Below are positions 9,665 through 19,133 of a stretch of 64,000 nucleotides of DNA, one piece after another (position 1 is the first letter of the stretch; every line of letters begins with the position of its first letter). Source of the stretch: Alphaproteobacteria bacterium (GTDB lineage: Bacteria > Pseudomonadota > Alphaproteobacteria > RF32 > CAG-239); assembly GCA_017479985.1 (NCBI GenBank), contig JAFVBL010000011.1:464-64463 (forward strand), written 5' to 3'. The notes under the pieces are model-generated. The model had not been told where the DNA came from. It worked only from the letters and a program-made list of their open reading frames with translations, and did not search any database. The position numbers were made by a program, and so were the translations under genes.

Positions 9665-10456
9665 ATGCTGAGAAAAACTTTGGGAAATTTTTTGCAGACT
9701 TTAGGTAAAGCGCCGTTGGCGTTTATCATCAATCTGGGATATTTTACACAGTTTGTGGCAAAATCCGTATATAATTGTTTTATGCCGCCGTTTTATTTGA
9801 GATTGTTCGGTGCACAGTTTCTGAATATCGGTTTTTATTCATTGCCGGTTGTCGGGCTGACAACATTATTTGCCGGTATGGTGATTGCGATTCAGACGTA
9901 TTCGGGTATTTCCGAATATGGGGCGGAAAGTGTTGTCGCCAGCGTGGTGTTGATTTCGGTAACGCGTGAGTTGGCCCCTGTTTTGTCGGCCCTGATGGTG
10001 GCCGGACGTATCGGTGCGGCAATGGCTGCGGAAATCGGTACAATGCGGGTAACCGAACAAATTGATGCTTTGGTGACACTTTCGGCTAATCCATTCAGAT
10101 ATTTGATTGCACCGCGGATATGGGCGGCAATTATTGTGATGCCGCTGTTGGTGCTTTTTGGCGATATTATCGGTATTTTCGGCGGATATCTGGTCGGAGT
10201 GTATAAACTCGATTTCAATCCGGCAAATTATATTACAAACACAATGGATTTTATGCAAGCAACGGATATCGTGATGGGTATGGTTAAGGCCGGTGTGTTC
10301 GGGTTTATTATTTCTGTTATGGGGTGCTATCACGGATATCGTTCAAAAGGCGGTGCGCAGGGTGTCGGCGAAGCAACAACAAACGCCGTTGTGACGGCAT
10401 CGATTTTGATTTTGATTTCAAACTATTTGATTACGGAATTGTTTTTTGCAAGATAG
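9665..10456 (+). CDS. mlaE: Phospholipid/lipid-asymmetry ABC transporter permease MlaE
   Basis: Multi-TM protein with MlaE-type motifs (VTRELAPVLSALMVAGRIGAAMAAEIGTMRVTEQIDAL). Confidence 0.9.
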   Translation: MLRKTLGNFLQTLGKAPLAFIINLGYFTQFVAKSVYNCFMPPFYLRLFGAQFLNIGFYSLPVVGLTTLFAGMVIAIQTYSGISEYGAESVVASVVLISVTRELAPVLSALMVAGRIGAAMAAEIGTMRVTEQIDALVTLSANPFRYLIAPRIWAAIIVMPLLVLFGDIIGIFGGYLVGVYKLDFNPANYITNTMDFMQATDIVMGMVKAGVFGFIISVMGCYHGYRSKGGAQGVGEATTNAVVTASILILISNYLITELFFAR

Positions 10457-10467
10457 GCGGTTGAGAT

Positions 10468-11220
10468 ATGACGGAAAATAAGATTGAAATCAGAAATTTA
10501 TACAAAGCATTCGGCAAAAAACAGGTTTTGAACGGTGTTGATTTAGATGTCAAGAAAGGCGAATCGCTTGTGGTTATCGGCGGGTCCGGCACGGGTAAAT
10601 CGGTGTTGATTAAATGTATTCAGGGACTGTTGCAACCGGATTCCGGTTCAATCAAAATTGATGGCATCGAAACAGTTGACGGCGGCGGAAATATCCACGA
10701 AAAAATGGGAATGTTATTTCAGGGCGCAGCTTTGTTTGACAGTTTGAGTGTGTGGGAAAATGTGGCGTTCGTATTGCTGCAAAAAGGTAAAATATCCAAA
10801 AAAGACGCAAAAAACGAGGCAATCAGAGTATTGCGACAGGTTGGTTTGGCTCCGGATGTGGCAGATTTGTCACCGGCAGAGCTTTCGGGCGGAATGCAAA
10901 AACGCGTCGGTTTGGCTCGGGCGATTATCACAAAACCGGAAATTATCTTTTTTGACGAGCCGACAACCGGATTGGACCCGATTATGGCTGATGTGATTAA
11001 CGATTTGATTATCGAATCGGCACGCGGTCTGGGGGCTACAACATTGACAATTACGCACGATATGGCGTCGGCACGCAAAATTGCCGACAGAATTGCAATG
11101 CTGTATCAGGGTAAAATTATTTGGATCGGTACGGTTAAAGAGATGGAAAAATCCGATAATCCGTATTTGCATCAATTTATAACCGGCAGTGCGCAAGGAC
11201 CGATACAGATGGAAGTGTAG
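10468..11220 (+). CDS. mlaF: ABC transporter ATP-binding protein MlaF
   Basis: Walker A GGSGTGKS, signature LSGGMQKRVGLARA, Walker B IIFFDEPTTGLD. Directly follows mlaE. Confidence 0.9.
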   Translation: MTENKIEIRNLYKAFGKKQVLNGVDLDVKKGESLVVIGGSGTGKSVLIKCIQGLLQPDSGSIKIDGIETVDGGGNIHEKMGMLFQGAALFDSLSVWENVAFVLLQKGKISKKDAKNEAIRVLRQVGLAPDVADLSPAELSGGMQKRVGLARAIITKPEIIFFDEPTTGLDPIMADVINDLIIESARGLGATTLTITHDMASARKIADRIAMLYQGKIIWIGTVKEMEKSDNPYLHQFITGSAQGPIQMEV

Positions 11221-11229
11221 GGAAACAAT

Positions 11230-12609
11230 ATGGCTAAAAATTCAACAATTTTTATATGTCAGAATTGCGGAGCGACTTATCACAAGTGGCAAGGAAAATG
11301 CGATACGTGCGGCGAATGGAATACAATTGTTGAAGAAGTAGCCAAAAATGACGGTTTCAGCAAAATTAACTCTAAAAAAGAAGGACGTATTATCGATTTT
11401 GTGCCGCTGAAAGGAACAATGCAGACTTACAGCCGTTTGCAAACCGGAATTGCCGAAATTGATCGTGTGACAGGCGGCGGCTTGGTTCCGGGATCGGTGA
11501 TTTTGGTCGGCGGTGATCCGGGAATCGGCAAATCCACGCTTTTGTTGCAAGTTTGCGCCGGTTTGTCCGCAACAGAGGATAAATATGCCTGCTATTATAT
11601 TTCGGGAGAAGAAGCAATCGACCAAGTGCGTATCAGAGCAAACCGTTTAGGATTGGCTGAAAGTCCGGTTAATCTGGCGAGTGCGACCGATGTACGCAAT
11701 ATTATTACAACACTTGAAAAAACAGAAGCTAAAGTTGTGATTATCGATTCAATTCAGACAATGTATCTTGATGAAGTAGAATCAACGCCGGGAAGCGTCG
11801 GACAAGTGCGAGCTTGTGCGTACGAATTGATTAAATTGGCCAAACGCAAAGGATTTGTGCTGTTTCTGGTCGGACACGTTACAAAGCAGGGCGAAATTGC
11901 CGGTCCGCGTGTGTTGGAACATATGGTGGATACCGTGCTGTATTTTGAAGGTGAGCGCGGACATCATTTCAGAATCTTGCGTGCGGTTAAAAATCGCTAT
12001 GGTGCAACCGATGAAATCGGTGTGTTTGAAATGCAGGATAAAGGTCTGGTTGAGGTAGAAAATCCGTCCGCATTGTTTTTGGCCGAACGGCAGGGTAATA
12101 TTTCCGGTTCGTGCGTATTTGCCGGTATTGAAGGCTCTCGTCCGCTTTTGGTGGAAATTCAGGCGCTGGTCAGTCCGAGCGGATATTCAACCCCGAAACG
12201 TGCCGTTGTCGGATGGGATTCTAATCGGTTGTCGATGATTCTTGCGGTGCTGGAAGCGCGGTGCGGTATAAACTTCAGCGCACACGATGTATATTTGAAT
12301 ATTGCCGGCGGACTGAAAATAAGTGAGCCGGCTGCCGATTTGGCGGTTGCAATGGCAGTGATTTCATCTTTGACCAAAAAACCGTTGCCGGCTGATATGG
12401 TCGTGTTCGGCGAAATCGGACTTTCGGGCGAAATACGCTCGGTTACTCAGGCAAATCTGCGCTTAAAAGAGGCACATAAACTCGGGTTTGTCAGTGCAAT
12501 TATTCCGCCGGTTTACGGTAAGGATAAAAAAGAAAAAGGCTTGAAAAATTACGAACTTTCGTGTTATGAAATAGGGCATGTTCAACGCCTTATCAATTGG
12601 TTTAATTAG
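11230..12609 (+). CDS. radA: DNA repair protein RadA
   Basis: N-terminal zinc finger CQNCG...CDTCGEWNT, Walker A GDPGIGKST, KNRYG motif, Lon-like C-terminal domain. Confidence 0.95.
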   Translation: MAKNSTIFICQNCGATYHKWQGKCDTCGEWNTIVEEVAKNDGFSKINSKKEGRIIDFVPLKGTMQTYSRLQTGIAEIDRVTGGGLVPGSVILVGGDPGIGKSTLLLQVCAGLSATEDKYACYYISGEEAIDQVRIRANRLGLAESPVNLASATDVRNIITTLEKTEAKVVIIDSIQTMYLDEVESTPGSVGQVRACAYELIKLAKRKGFVLFLVGHVTKQGEIAGPRVLEHMVDTVLYFEGERGHHFRILRAVKNRYGATDEIGVFEMQDKGLVEVENPSALFLAERQGNISGSCVFAGIEGSRPLLVEIQALVSPSGYSTPKRAVVGWDSNRLSMILAVLEARCGINFSAHDVYLNIAGGLKISEPAADLAVAMAVISSLTKKPLPADMVVFGEIGLSGEIRSVTQANLRLKEAHKLGFVSAIIPPVYGKDKKEKGLKNYELSCYEIGHVQRLINWFN

Positions 12610-12620
12610 GAGCAAAAGCT

Positions 12621-13520
12621 ATGGAACAACTCAATAATGTAGATGTTATCTTTTTAATTATTGCCGGTATTTCCGCATTGGTCGGAATTGCACGCGGTAT
12701 GACAAAAGAAATTTTATCCATTATCGGCTGGGTGTTGGCGGCCGCCGCATTATTTTATTTGGTACCGCTTGTGACGCCGGTTATGGAACAATATGTTACA
12801 TCAAAATGGTTGGCAAACATTGTTGCCGGTATGGTTATTTTATTGATTTTCTGCATTATTTGGATTTTAACGGTGGATAAACTTGCTTCAATGATTCGTT
12901 CCAGCAAATTAAGTGCGCTTGATCGTATGTTCGGCTTTGTATTCGGACTGGCACGCGGCGCACTGATTGTTATTTTGATTGCGTTACTGATTTCCACACT
13001 GATGCCGGAGGATTCTAAAAAAGGTGTGTTTGAAAAATCCGTATTGTTTAAACAGGCAAATGCGTGTGTTGAGCCGTTGAAAGAAGCGATTCCGCAAAGT
13101 TGGGTCGAGGCATTTAAGGCACAGAGCGAGCGCTTCGGTTTGGGTAAAAAGGCTGATGCGGATAAAGTTGAGGATACGGCCGAAACAACAGATGAGAATA
13201 AAGCCGAAATCGAAAAAGATAAAGCCAAAGATAAACCTAAGGAAACAGAAAAACAAACAGAAACGGAATCTGATGAAGCAACTAAGCCGGAATCGGAAAA
13301 ACCAAGCCTGAAAGAAACATTAGATGCCATAAGCAATAATCGAGAGGTTCTGAAAAAAGGCAGTGAGGTTCTGTTTAATCAGTTGGCACAGCCGAAAACT
13401 TCCGAGGGCGGAGACGGTGAAAGCACGCTCGATGATTTGGTTTCCGATTTGGATAAATTGCTCGACGTATTAGACGACAGAGTGGTTGAAACGGAGTCGA
13501 AAGCACCGGAGAGCAAATAA
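12621..13520 (+). CDS. cvpA: CvpA family membrane protein with acidic C-terminal extension
   Basis: Four TM helices with CvpA-like GFVFGLARGALIV, conserved radA-cvpA neighbourhood, and a K/E/D-rich tail. Confidence 0.75.
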   Translation: MEQLNNVDVIFLIIAGISALVGIARGMTKEILSIIGWVLAAAALFYLVPLVTPVMEQYVTSKWLANIVAGMVILLIFCIIWILTVDKLASMIRSSKLSALDRMFGFVFGLARGALIVILIALLISTLMPEDSKKGVFEKSVLFKQANACVEPLKEAIPQSWVEAFKAQSERFGLGKKADADKVEDTAETTDENKAEIEKDKAKDKPKETEKQTETESDEATKPESEKPSLKETLDAISNNREVLKKGSEVLFNQLAQPKTSEGGDGESTLDDLVSDLDKLLDVLDDRVVETESKAPESK

Positions 13521-13543
13521 AAAGAAGGTATATAAAAGAAAAA

Positions 13544-13585
13544 CAAAAGCTGTCAGATAAAAATATCCGGCAGCTTTTGTTTTAT
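13544..13585 (+). terminator. Rho-independent terminator after cvpA
   Basis: Perfect 9-bp stem CAAAAGCTG (13544-13552) / CAGCTTTTG (13571-13579) followed by TTTTAT. Confidence 0.7.
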
Positions 13586-13623
13586 CGGGCTAAACATAAA
13601 CACGTTTTAACACCTTTACGGTA

Positions 13624-14397
13624 TCAGACGATGTTGTGTTTTTGTTTCCACTCCTGATAACGCGGACGATAGTGGTCATCAAGCGAAGCTTTATCAAGGA
13701 CAGAAATGCAATACTTTGAGACATTCGGCGTCATTGTATCATAATGCGCAAACAGACATTCTGCCAAACCGTTCATATAATGCTTGGTTTCAGCAATGTA
13801 TTTGACGCCATCAAGGGTGCAACTTAAAGCTCGCCAACATTGTCTTCCGTAGAGAAAAGCATATTCACCGCGGTAGCATAAAAAGCGCTCGATTTCAATC
13901 ATCTGCTCATTATCCTTGACAGTCTGAGATGCGGTTCGGATAGACCGGTTGCCTATATTCAGATAGGTTTTCTTAACGGTGTCGATACCTTCCGCATCGG
14001 CAAATTTTGCCCACGGACCGTGCAGAGCTTTATATTTAAGAGCATCGCCCAAGCCGAATGATTCACATTCTTCATCAGTGAAAAATTTGGCAGCAATCTT
14101 ATGCAAGCCAAGTTTTACAATCAGATGCTTCCACTTGTCGTAGTAATAAATCTCTATCCAAGTTTTCAGCTCATCTACCGGATAGTTCTCATACTTAGAG
14201 ACAATCTTCAGCAGGTCAAAAATTCGGTTCTGACCGTAGCCGTAAGCAACCATAGCATTCAGCACCTGCGGATAAAGTCCCCATCCGTCGGAAATCATCG
14301 CGTTAAGTTTGTCAGCATTGCCGGTAGCAATCAACATAAGTTCAAACTGAATTTCTGTTTCCGGTGTGTTCAGTTCCAATATTTTCGGTTTTTCCAT
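13624..14397 (-). CDS. Hypothetical protein (no recognisable family)
   Basis: Long ORF with coding-like composition and its own upstream promoter. No motif recognised. Start ambiguous (ATG 14397 or TTG 14424) and neither has a clear SD. Confidence 0.5.
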   Translation of the reverse strand: MEKPKILELNTPETEIQFELMLIATGNADKLNAMISDGWGLYPQVLNAMVAYGYGQNRIFDLLKIVSKYENYPVDELKTWIEIYYYDKWKHLIVKLGLHKIAAKFFTDEECESFGLGDALKYKALHGPWAKFADAEGIDTVKKTYLNIGNRSIRTASQTVKDNEQMIEIERFLCYRGEYAFLYGRQCWRALSCTLDGVKYIAETKHYMNGLAECLFAHYDTMTPNVSKYCISVLDKASLDDHYRPRYQEWKQKHNIV

Positions 14398-14470
14398 AAT
14401 AAAAAAATACCGTTGTCCTTTCAACGGAAATAAGTTAATAACTATGTAAAATAATTTGATTTATATTCAC

Positions 14471-14499
14471 AAAATAAATGGATTTTAAAATATTGTCAA
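14471..14499 (-). promoter_or_regulatory. Sigma70-type promoter for the 13624-14397 gene
   Basis: On the minus strand: TTGACA (14499-14494), 17-nt spacer, TATTTT (14476-14471). Lies in the 77-nt gap after the sua5 stop. Confidence 0.45.
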
Positions 14500-14501
14500 G
14501 T

Positions 14502-15443
14502 TTATTTGTATGCCGCGCGTTTCAGACGGTCATTTATAGCTAACCCCAAACCGTCAGTCGGAACAGGGGCCACGGCGATTTTGCCATATTCGGCACCGGT
14601 ATCGGCAAGACGCAGATATGCAAATAAATTAGCGGCTGCTTCTTTTAAATTTCCCGTCGGGCTGAGATTTAAATCACCGTTATACGAGCCAAAGCCGATA
14701 TAATATTCGTCTTTTTCTGGCAATGTAACGTTAATCCGTAAGGTATTGCGCGGTGCATAATGCCGTAACATTTGCCCCGGTGCGGTCGGTAGTGTCGGAT
14801 TACCTTCGGAAAGCAAAACTTTTTCGCCTAAAAAATCTTCAATATCTTCTTTGGCGGTGCCGCCGGCACGAAGCATCACGATATTTTTTCCGGTTAAATC
14901 AATAATGGTGGACTCAACACCGACTTTGCAGGCACCGCCGTCTAGAATCATATCGATTTTATCGCCTAAACCGTCGGCAACGTGCTGTGCCGTAGTCGGG
15001 CTGACAGATTGATACTTATTGGCGGAAGGAGCTACAATCGGTACGCCGCTTCTGCGGATTAAATCAAGCGCAATCTGATGATTCGGCATACGGACGGTGA
15101 GGGTACGCAAACCCGAACACGCCAAATCGATACTCGGATTTTCTTCAATACGATTTAACACAAAAGTCAAAGGTCCCGGCCAAAAACGTTTTGCCAATGC
15201 AAACACGCGCTCATCTGTTGCCGCATATTCTTTGAGAAAATCAATGTCGGCAATATGCGAAATAAGCGGGTCAAAATGCGGGCGTTGTTTGGCGGCAAAA
15301 ATCGAGGCAACCGCATCGGCGTTATAAACATTTGCGCCTAAACCGTAAACCGTTTCCGTCGGAAACGCAACCAAGCCGCCGTTTTGAATAACAGCAGCTG
15401 CTTTTTGCATATTTTCAGATGTATGTGTATAAATATTGTTCAT
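14502..15443 (-). CDS. sua5: L-threonylcarbamoyladenylate synthase (Sua5/YwlC type, YrdC domain plus Sua5 C-terminal domain)
   Basis: VAFPTETVYGLGANV, PLISH, RFWPGPLT, APSANK motifs. At 313 aa it fits the two-domain Sua5 form. Confidence 0.9.
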   Translation of the reverse strand: MNNIYTHTSENMQKAAAVIQNGGLVAFPTETVYGLGANVYNADAVASIFAAKQRPHFDPLISHIADIDFLKEYAATDERVFALAKRFWPGPLTFVLNRIEENPSIDLACSGLRTLTVRMPNHQIALDLIRRSGVPIVAPSANKYQSVSPTTAQHVADGLGDKIDMILDGGACKVGVESTIIDLTGKNIVMLRAGGTAKEDIEDFLGEKVLLSEGNPTLPTAPGQMLRHYAPRNTLRINVTLPEKDEYYIGFGSYNGDLNLSPTGNLKEAAANLFAYLRLADTGAEYGKIAVAPVPTDGLGLAINDRLKRAAYK

Positions 15444-15445
15444 TA

Positions 15446-15847
15446 TTAAAAAGCCATAATATTACTCAGCGCAAAGTCGCGTTCTTCTTCGGTATAAGTG
15501 CTTAATGTTTCAAAATCATTTCGGTCAATAATCTGGTATTGCTTTAACAAATAATTGTAACAAAGTAAATCAAAATCGTTATAACCGAGCAGAATGGTAT
15601 TTTCCGGTTTCTGCATCTGCTCGTTTTTATCAATGATGTCCAAATCATCATCAACTGTGGCGCCAAACAAATACGAGCCGTCATATTTCATTCCGTTATA
15701 ATGTTTCAAAAAATCGACATACGATGTCGGAATAAAATCCATTCCCATATTATGCAGAATTTTTTGCGCAATAATAATCGCTTCGGGTTCTAACGGTTCA
15801 CCTTGCGTAAATTTTTTATTTTTTAAATCATTCAGAAAGTTTGTCAT
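15446..15847 (-). CDS. SUKH/SMI1-KNR4-like protein (immunity-protein-type fold)
   Basis: Pattern A.K.L...G..IP.SYVDFLKHYNG....G..LFG, then ILLGY.D.DLL.Y.., resembles the SMI1/KNR4 (SUKH-1) family. Its start overlaps the stop of the upstream HNH gene (ATGA). Ends 2 nt before the sua5 ATG. Confidence 0.55.
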   Translation of the reverse strand: MTNFLNDLKNKKFTQGEPLEPEAIIIAQKILHNMGMDFIPTSYVDFLKHYNGMKYDGSYLFGATVDDDLDIIDKNEQMQKPENTILLGYNDFDLLCYNYLLKQYQIIDRNDFETLSTYTEEERDFALSNIMAF

Positions 15848-17427
15848 CGTTCATTATCCGGTTTATGAGGCGGAACAATCGGCGACTTGTTCCTTTTTTT
15901 CTGTTTGCTGTTTTGTTTGGGAGTGTTTGTGTTTTGATTGAACCACTTTTCAAACATTTTAATATCTTCTGCCGAAATATTAACCTTAAATTGCGTCAGT
16001 TCCTGCAAGTTTTTGTATTCTTTATTTAAGTCTGTCTTTGAATATTCGATATTGTATCGGTCTGCAATTTTTTGAATATTGTTCAACCGCTCATACTGCA
16101 TTTCATAATAGTTGACGACATTTTCCTTATCTTGTTTGGCACGACGGCGAGCCGACAGAGTATTTTCCAAATTGTAGAAAAACATATCTCGGGTAGCATC
16201 AAAACCATCAATCATACACATTTCCGAACTAGTGCTGTTGATACGTGAAAAATAGCGCTCATTATTTTGATTGACCGGAATAATATGGTCAAAACCGTGA
16301 TAATATGCTCGATGAATTTCTTTTTCCACCAACAACAGATTACCGTTATAATTTACCTTTGCCAAATAATCATCACTGTGTGCAAATTTTACGGCATTTT
16401 TATGATGTACTTCAAAACGCGGCAAATCTTCTTTGGTTAACGGTATTCCGTTTTCGTCACGAGCAAGTAAAAGACTTTCTTGTCGATTGTCGAAAATCTC
16501 GTTCATAAGTGTTTCAGGAATCTGGTCGCCGACTTTATATGCGGAAACATCATAATGATGTGATTTCAAATCGTCTAAAACGCGCTGTGTGCAGTGTGTT
16601 TCCGTAATGACCACGCGGTCGACGTCACACAAACCGTATTGTTTCATCATTCTGCATAAAGATTTGACTTTGCGTTCGTCAATACCGCGGCTGATCAGAT
16701 GCTTTTCCAAATCTTTGCCGCAATGACGCATAAAGCTTATAACAAATTTATTTTTATAACCGAGCGGTAAAAAACGTGCTTTCATCGAATCCGGTTTTTT
16801 GGCATACATCGCGTGTATAACGTCACAAAAGTCATTAACAGACATTACTTTCAACGCATCGGGATTGATGCCCTGTGTATACAGATATCGCCGAACATTC
16901 GGTGCAATAGAGCGGAAACTTTCAAATTGGTTAAAAACACGCCACATCGGCGATTCTTTAAGATTATAATCTCTTAAGCGGAATTTTCCTTTATTTTCCG
17001 GCTTGTTGAAAAATTTATAATACGAGCTCAATTCGTGTTCGCGGCGCACATCAATGGTACCGTAACATTCCATTCTGACCAGCTTTTTTTCATCATCGGC
17101 AATCGGATAATAAGCATTGCCTTCTTCATAATAAGAACCGGTCATCCAATGGATTTGTTCCAATTCATCGTACACCAAATCCAACATCTGCTGTTTGATG
17201 CTGCGCGGCGAAATAACGATGTTTCCGGCAGATATACTTCGAAACAACTCAATCATCGCAATTTGCCGTGAATATTCAAGTTCTTTAAAATTATCGTAAA
17301 AATCATACGGAGAACTCATCACTGCGAGCAAATCTTTGTTCTTTTCCCAAAAAGCAGAAGACAGCACAGATTCTTCCGGTACATAAACGGAATGTTTCTC
17401 GGCGTATGATGATTTTTTGCGACTCAT
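15844..17427 (-). CDS. Uncharacterised 527-aa protein with an internal HNH-type nuclease motif
   Basis: Residues 339-372 read EVHHKNAVKFAHSDDYLAKVNYNGNLLLVEKEIH, matching the HH...N...N.L....H spacing of an HNH/EndoVII beta-beta-alpha-metal finger. No signal peptide. K/N-rich basic C-terminal tail. SD ACGGAG sits 5 nt before the ATG. Confidence 0.6.
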   Translation of the reverse strand: MSRKKSSYAEKHSVYVPEESVLSSAFWEKNKDLLAVMSSPYDFYDNFKELEYSRQIAMIELFRSISAGNIVISPRSIKQQMLDLVYDELEQIHWMTGSYYEEGNAYYPIADDEKKLVRMECYGTIDVRREHELSSYYKFFNKPENKGKFRLRDYNLKESPMWRVFNQFESFRSIAPNVRRYLYTQGINPDALKVMSVNDFCDVIHAMYAKKPDSMKARFLPLGYKNKFVISFMRHCGKDLEKHLISRGIDERKVKSLCRMMKQYGLCDVDRVVITETHCTQRVLDDLKSHHYDVSAYKVGDQIPETLMNEIFDNRQESLLLARDENGIPLTKEDLPRFEVHHKNAVKFAHSDDYLAKVNYNGNLLLVEKEIHRAYYHGFDHIIPVNQNNERYFSRINSTSSEMCMIDGFDATRDMFFYNLENTLSARRRAKQDKENVVNYYEMQYERLNNIQKIADRYNIEYSKTDLNKEYKNLQELTQFKVNISAEDIKMFEKWFNQNTNTPKQNSKQKKRNKSPIVPPHKPDNER

Positions 17428-17560
17428 TTTATCTCCGTCAATATGGATTTTTTAGCTTTTGTCTAAACAATATCAAAAAAATATTTAAAAGTCCATACTT
17501 TTTTAACGAAATAGAGCGATTATTGTTAAAAGTGTAGTTTTAATAACAAGGAGTAAATAT

Positions 17561-18982
17561 ATGGAATTTACAATCGGACGGAATATTGCCGCAAAAACGG
17601 ATAAAATTATTGTTGCATCTAAAACAGCGGATATTTTAAAAGTTCTGAATAAAGATGAAGAATGTCTTATCGGGGCAATCAGAAAACAAACCGAAGAAGA
17701 TAAAATTCAAGAATATAATTTGGGTGATTATACGGTATTTGTTGCTGTGGCGCGTTTAAGAAATAATGTGGCGTGGCAAAACTTCGGCGGTGCCGTATGG
17801 AACAAAATCAAAAAATGTCGGGCGGTTAAGGCGGCTTTGCTCGATGTTGAGACCGATGATATTTATAACTTTGCTTTGGGTGCGGAGTTGGCTTCGTATC
17901 GATTTGATAAATATTTTACGAAAAAACCGGATTCTTTTTATCCGAAACTGGAAAAAATCGTTTTTACAAACAGCGGTCTGAAAAATTTTGACGGATATAA
18001 GCCGCTTGCAAGTTTGGCAAATGCCGTGCGTTATGCGCGTGATTTGATAAATGAACCGGCAAATGAGTTGACTCCGGAGATTATGGCAGCGGATATCAAA
18101 CGTTTGGAATATCTCGGATTGGAAGTTCGGATTATTGAAGAAGCAGAAATGAAAGAACGCGGATTTAACTTGGCTTTGGCTGTGGCTCAAGGTTCGGTAA
18201 ATCGCCCGCGAATCGTCGTTGTACAATGGCGCGGTAAGCCGGAAGAAGACGGATTTTCCGTCGGTTTGGTCGGCAAGGGTGTTACCTTTGACAGCGGCGG
18301 TATTTCGATTAAGCCGGCGGCAAATATGGGCGATATGAAACAAGATATGGCCGGTGCAGCGGCAATGGTCGCAACAATGAAATCTTTGGCGTTGCAAAAG
18401 GCAAAACGCAATGTGGTCGCTGTTGTCGGATTGGTGGAAAATATGCCGTCGGGTACGGCTTATCGTCCCGGAGATGTGATTAAATCTATGTCCGGACAAA
18501 CCGTCGAAATAGTCAATACAGATGCCGAAGGACGGTTGGTACTGGCAGATTGTCTGACCTTTATTCAACAAGAGTTTAAACCGAAATACGTTTTGGATAT
18601 GGCAACTTTGACCGGTGCAATTGTAATCGCTCTCGGACATACTTTTGCCGGTATTTTTTCCAATGACGGCAATTTAACAAGACAGCTTTATGCCGCCGGT
18701 CAGACTTGCGGTGAAAGAGTATGGAATATGCCGATGGATAAAGAATTTGATAAACTGATTGATTCTGTAATTGCCGATATGAAAAATTGCGGACCGCGTG
18801 TTGCCGGCTCGGCGACGGCAGCGTGTTTCCTGCAACGTTTTGTTCAAAAAGGTACTCTGTGGGCGCATATAGATATTGCCGGTATGGATTTGAGTGAAGG
18901 AACCAATGTGCTTTATCCGAAAGGTGCAAGCGGTTTCGGGGTACGGCTTTTAAACACATTATTAAACGGTGATTTGAAATAA
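17561..18982 (+). CDS. pepA: Leucyl aminopeptidase (M17)
   Basis: VGKGVTFDSGG, NTDAEGRLVLAD and GATGFGVR-like motifs. SD AAGGAG. Confidence 0.95.
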   Translation: MEFTIGRNIAAKTDKIIVASKTADILKVLNKDEECLIGAIRKQTEEDKIQEYNLGDYTVFVAVARLRNNVAWQNFGGAVWNKIKKCRAVKAALLDVETDDIYNFALGAELASYRFDKYFTKKPDSFYPKLEKIVFTNSGLKNFDGYKPLASLANAVRYARDLINEPANELTPEIMAADIKRLEYLGLEVRIIEEAEMKERGFNLALAVAQGSVNRPRIVVVQWRGKPEEDGFSVGLVGKGVTFDSGGISIKPAANMGDMKQDMAGAAAMVATMKSLALQKAKRNVVAVVGLVENMPSGTAYRPGDVIKSMSGQTVEIVNTDAEGRLVLADCLTFIQQEFKPKYVLDMATLTGAIVIALGHTFAGIFSNDGNLTRQLYAAGQTCGERVWNMPMDKEFDKLIDSVIADMKNCGPRVAGSATAACFLQRFVQKGTLWAHIDIAGMDLSEGTNVLYPKGASGFGVRLLNTLLNGDLK

Positions 18983-19011
18983 TAGATTGTTTGATTTTTT
19001 GAAAGCATTAA

Positions 19012-19041
19012 AAGTCCGATATAATTTATCGGACTTTTTTG
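19012..19041 (+). terminator. Rho-independent terminator after pepA
   Basis: Perfect stem AAGTCCGAT / ATCGGACTT with a 7-nt loop, followed by TTTTT. Confidence 0.8.
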
Positions 19042-19133
19042 TCAAAAAAAGTTTGACATTTTCGTAAACTGTGATAATCTTTTGTTATTCAAGAGATTAT
19101 TCACATAGCTATTAACTTAAATTCTATACAATT

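Noticed and set aside
12755-13336. 193-aa antisense ORF opposite cvpA
   Set aside because: It is produced by the K/E/D-rich tail of cvpA read backwards (S/A/L-rich). cvpA itself is well supported by synteny with radA and by its TM pattern.
17756-18640. 294-aa antisense ORF opposite pepA
   Set aside because: The plus-strand frame encodes a complete M17 aminopeptidase with all signature motifs. The antisense translation has no motifs and is Cys/His/Arg-rich with noncoding-like composition.
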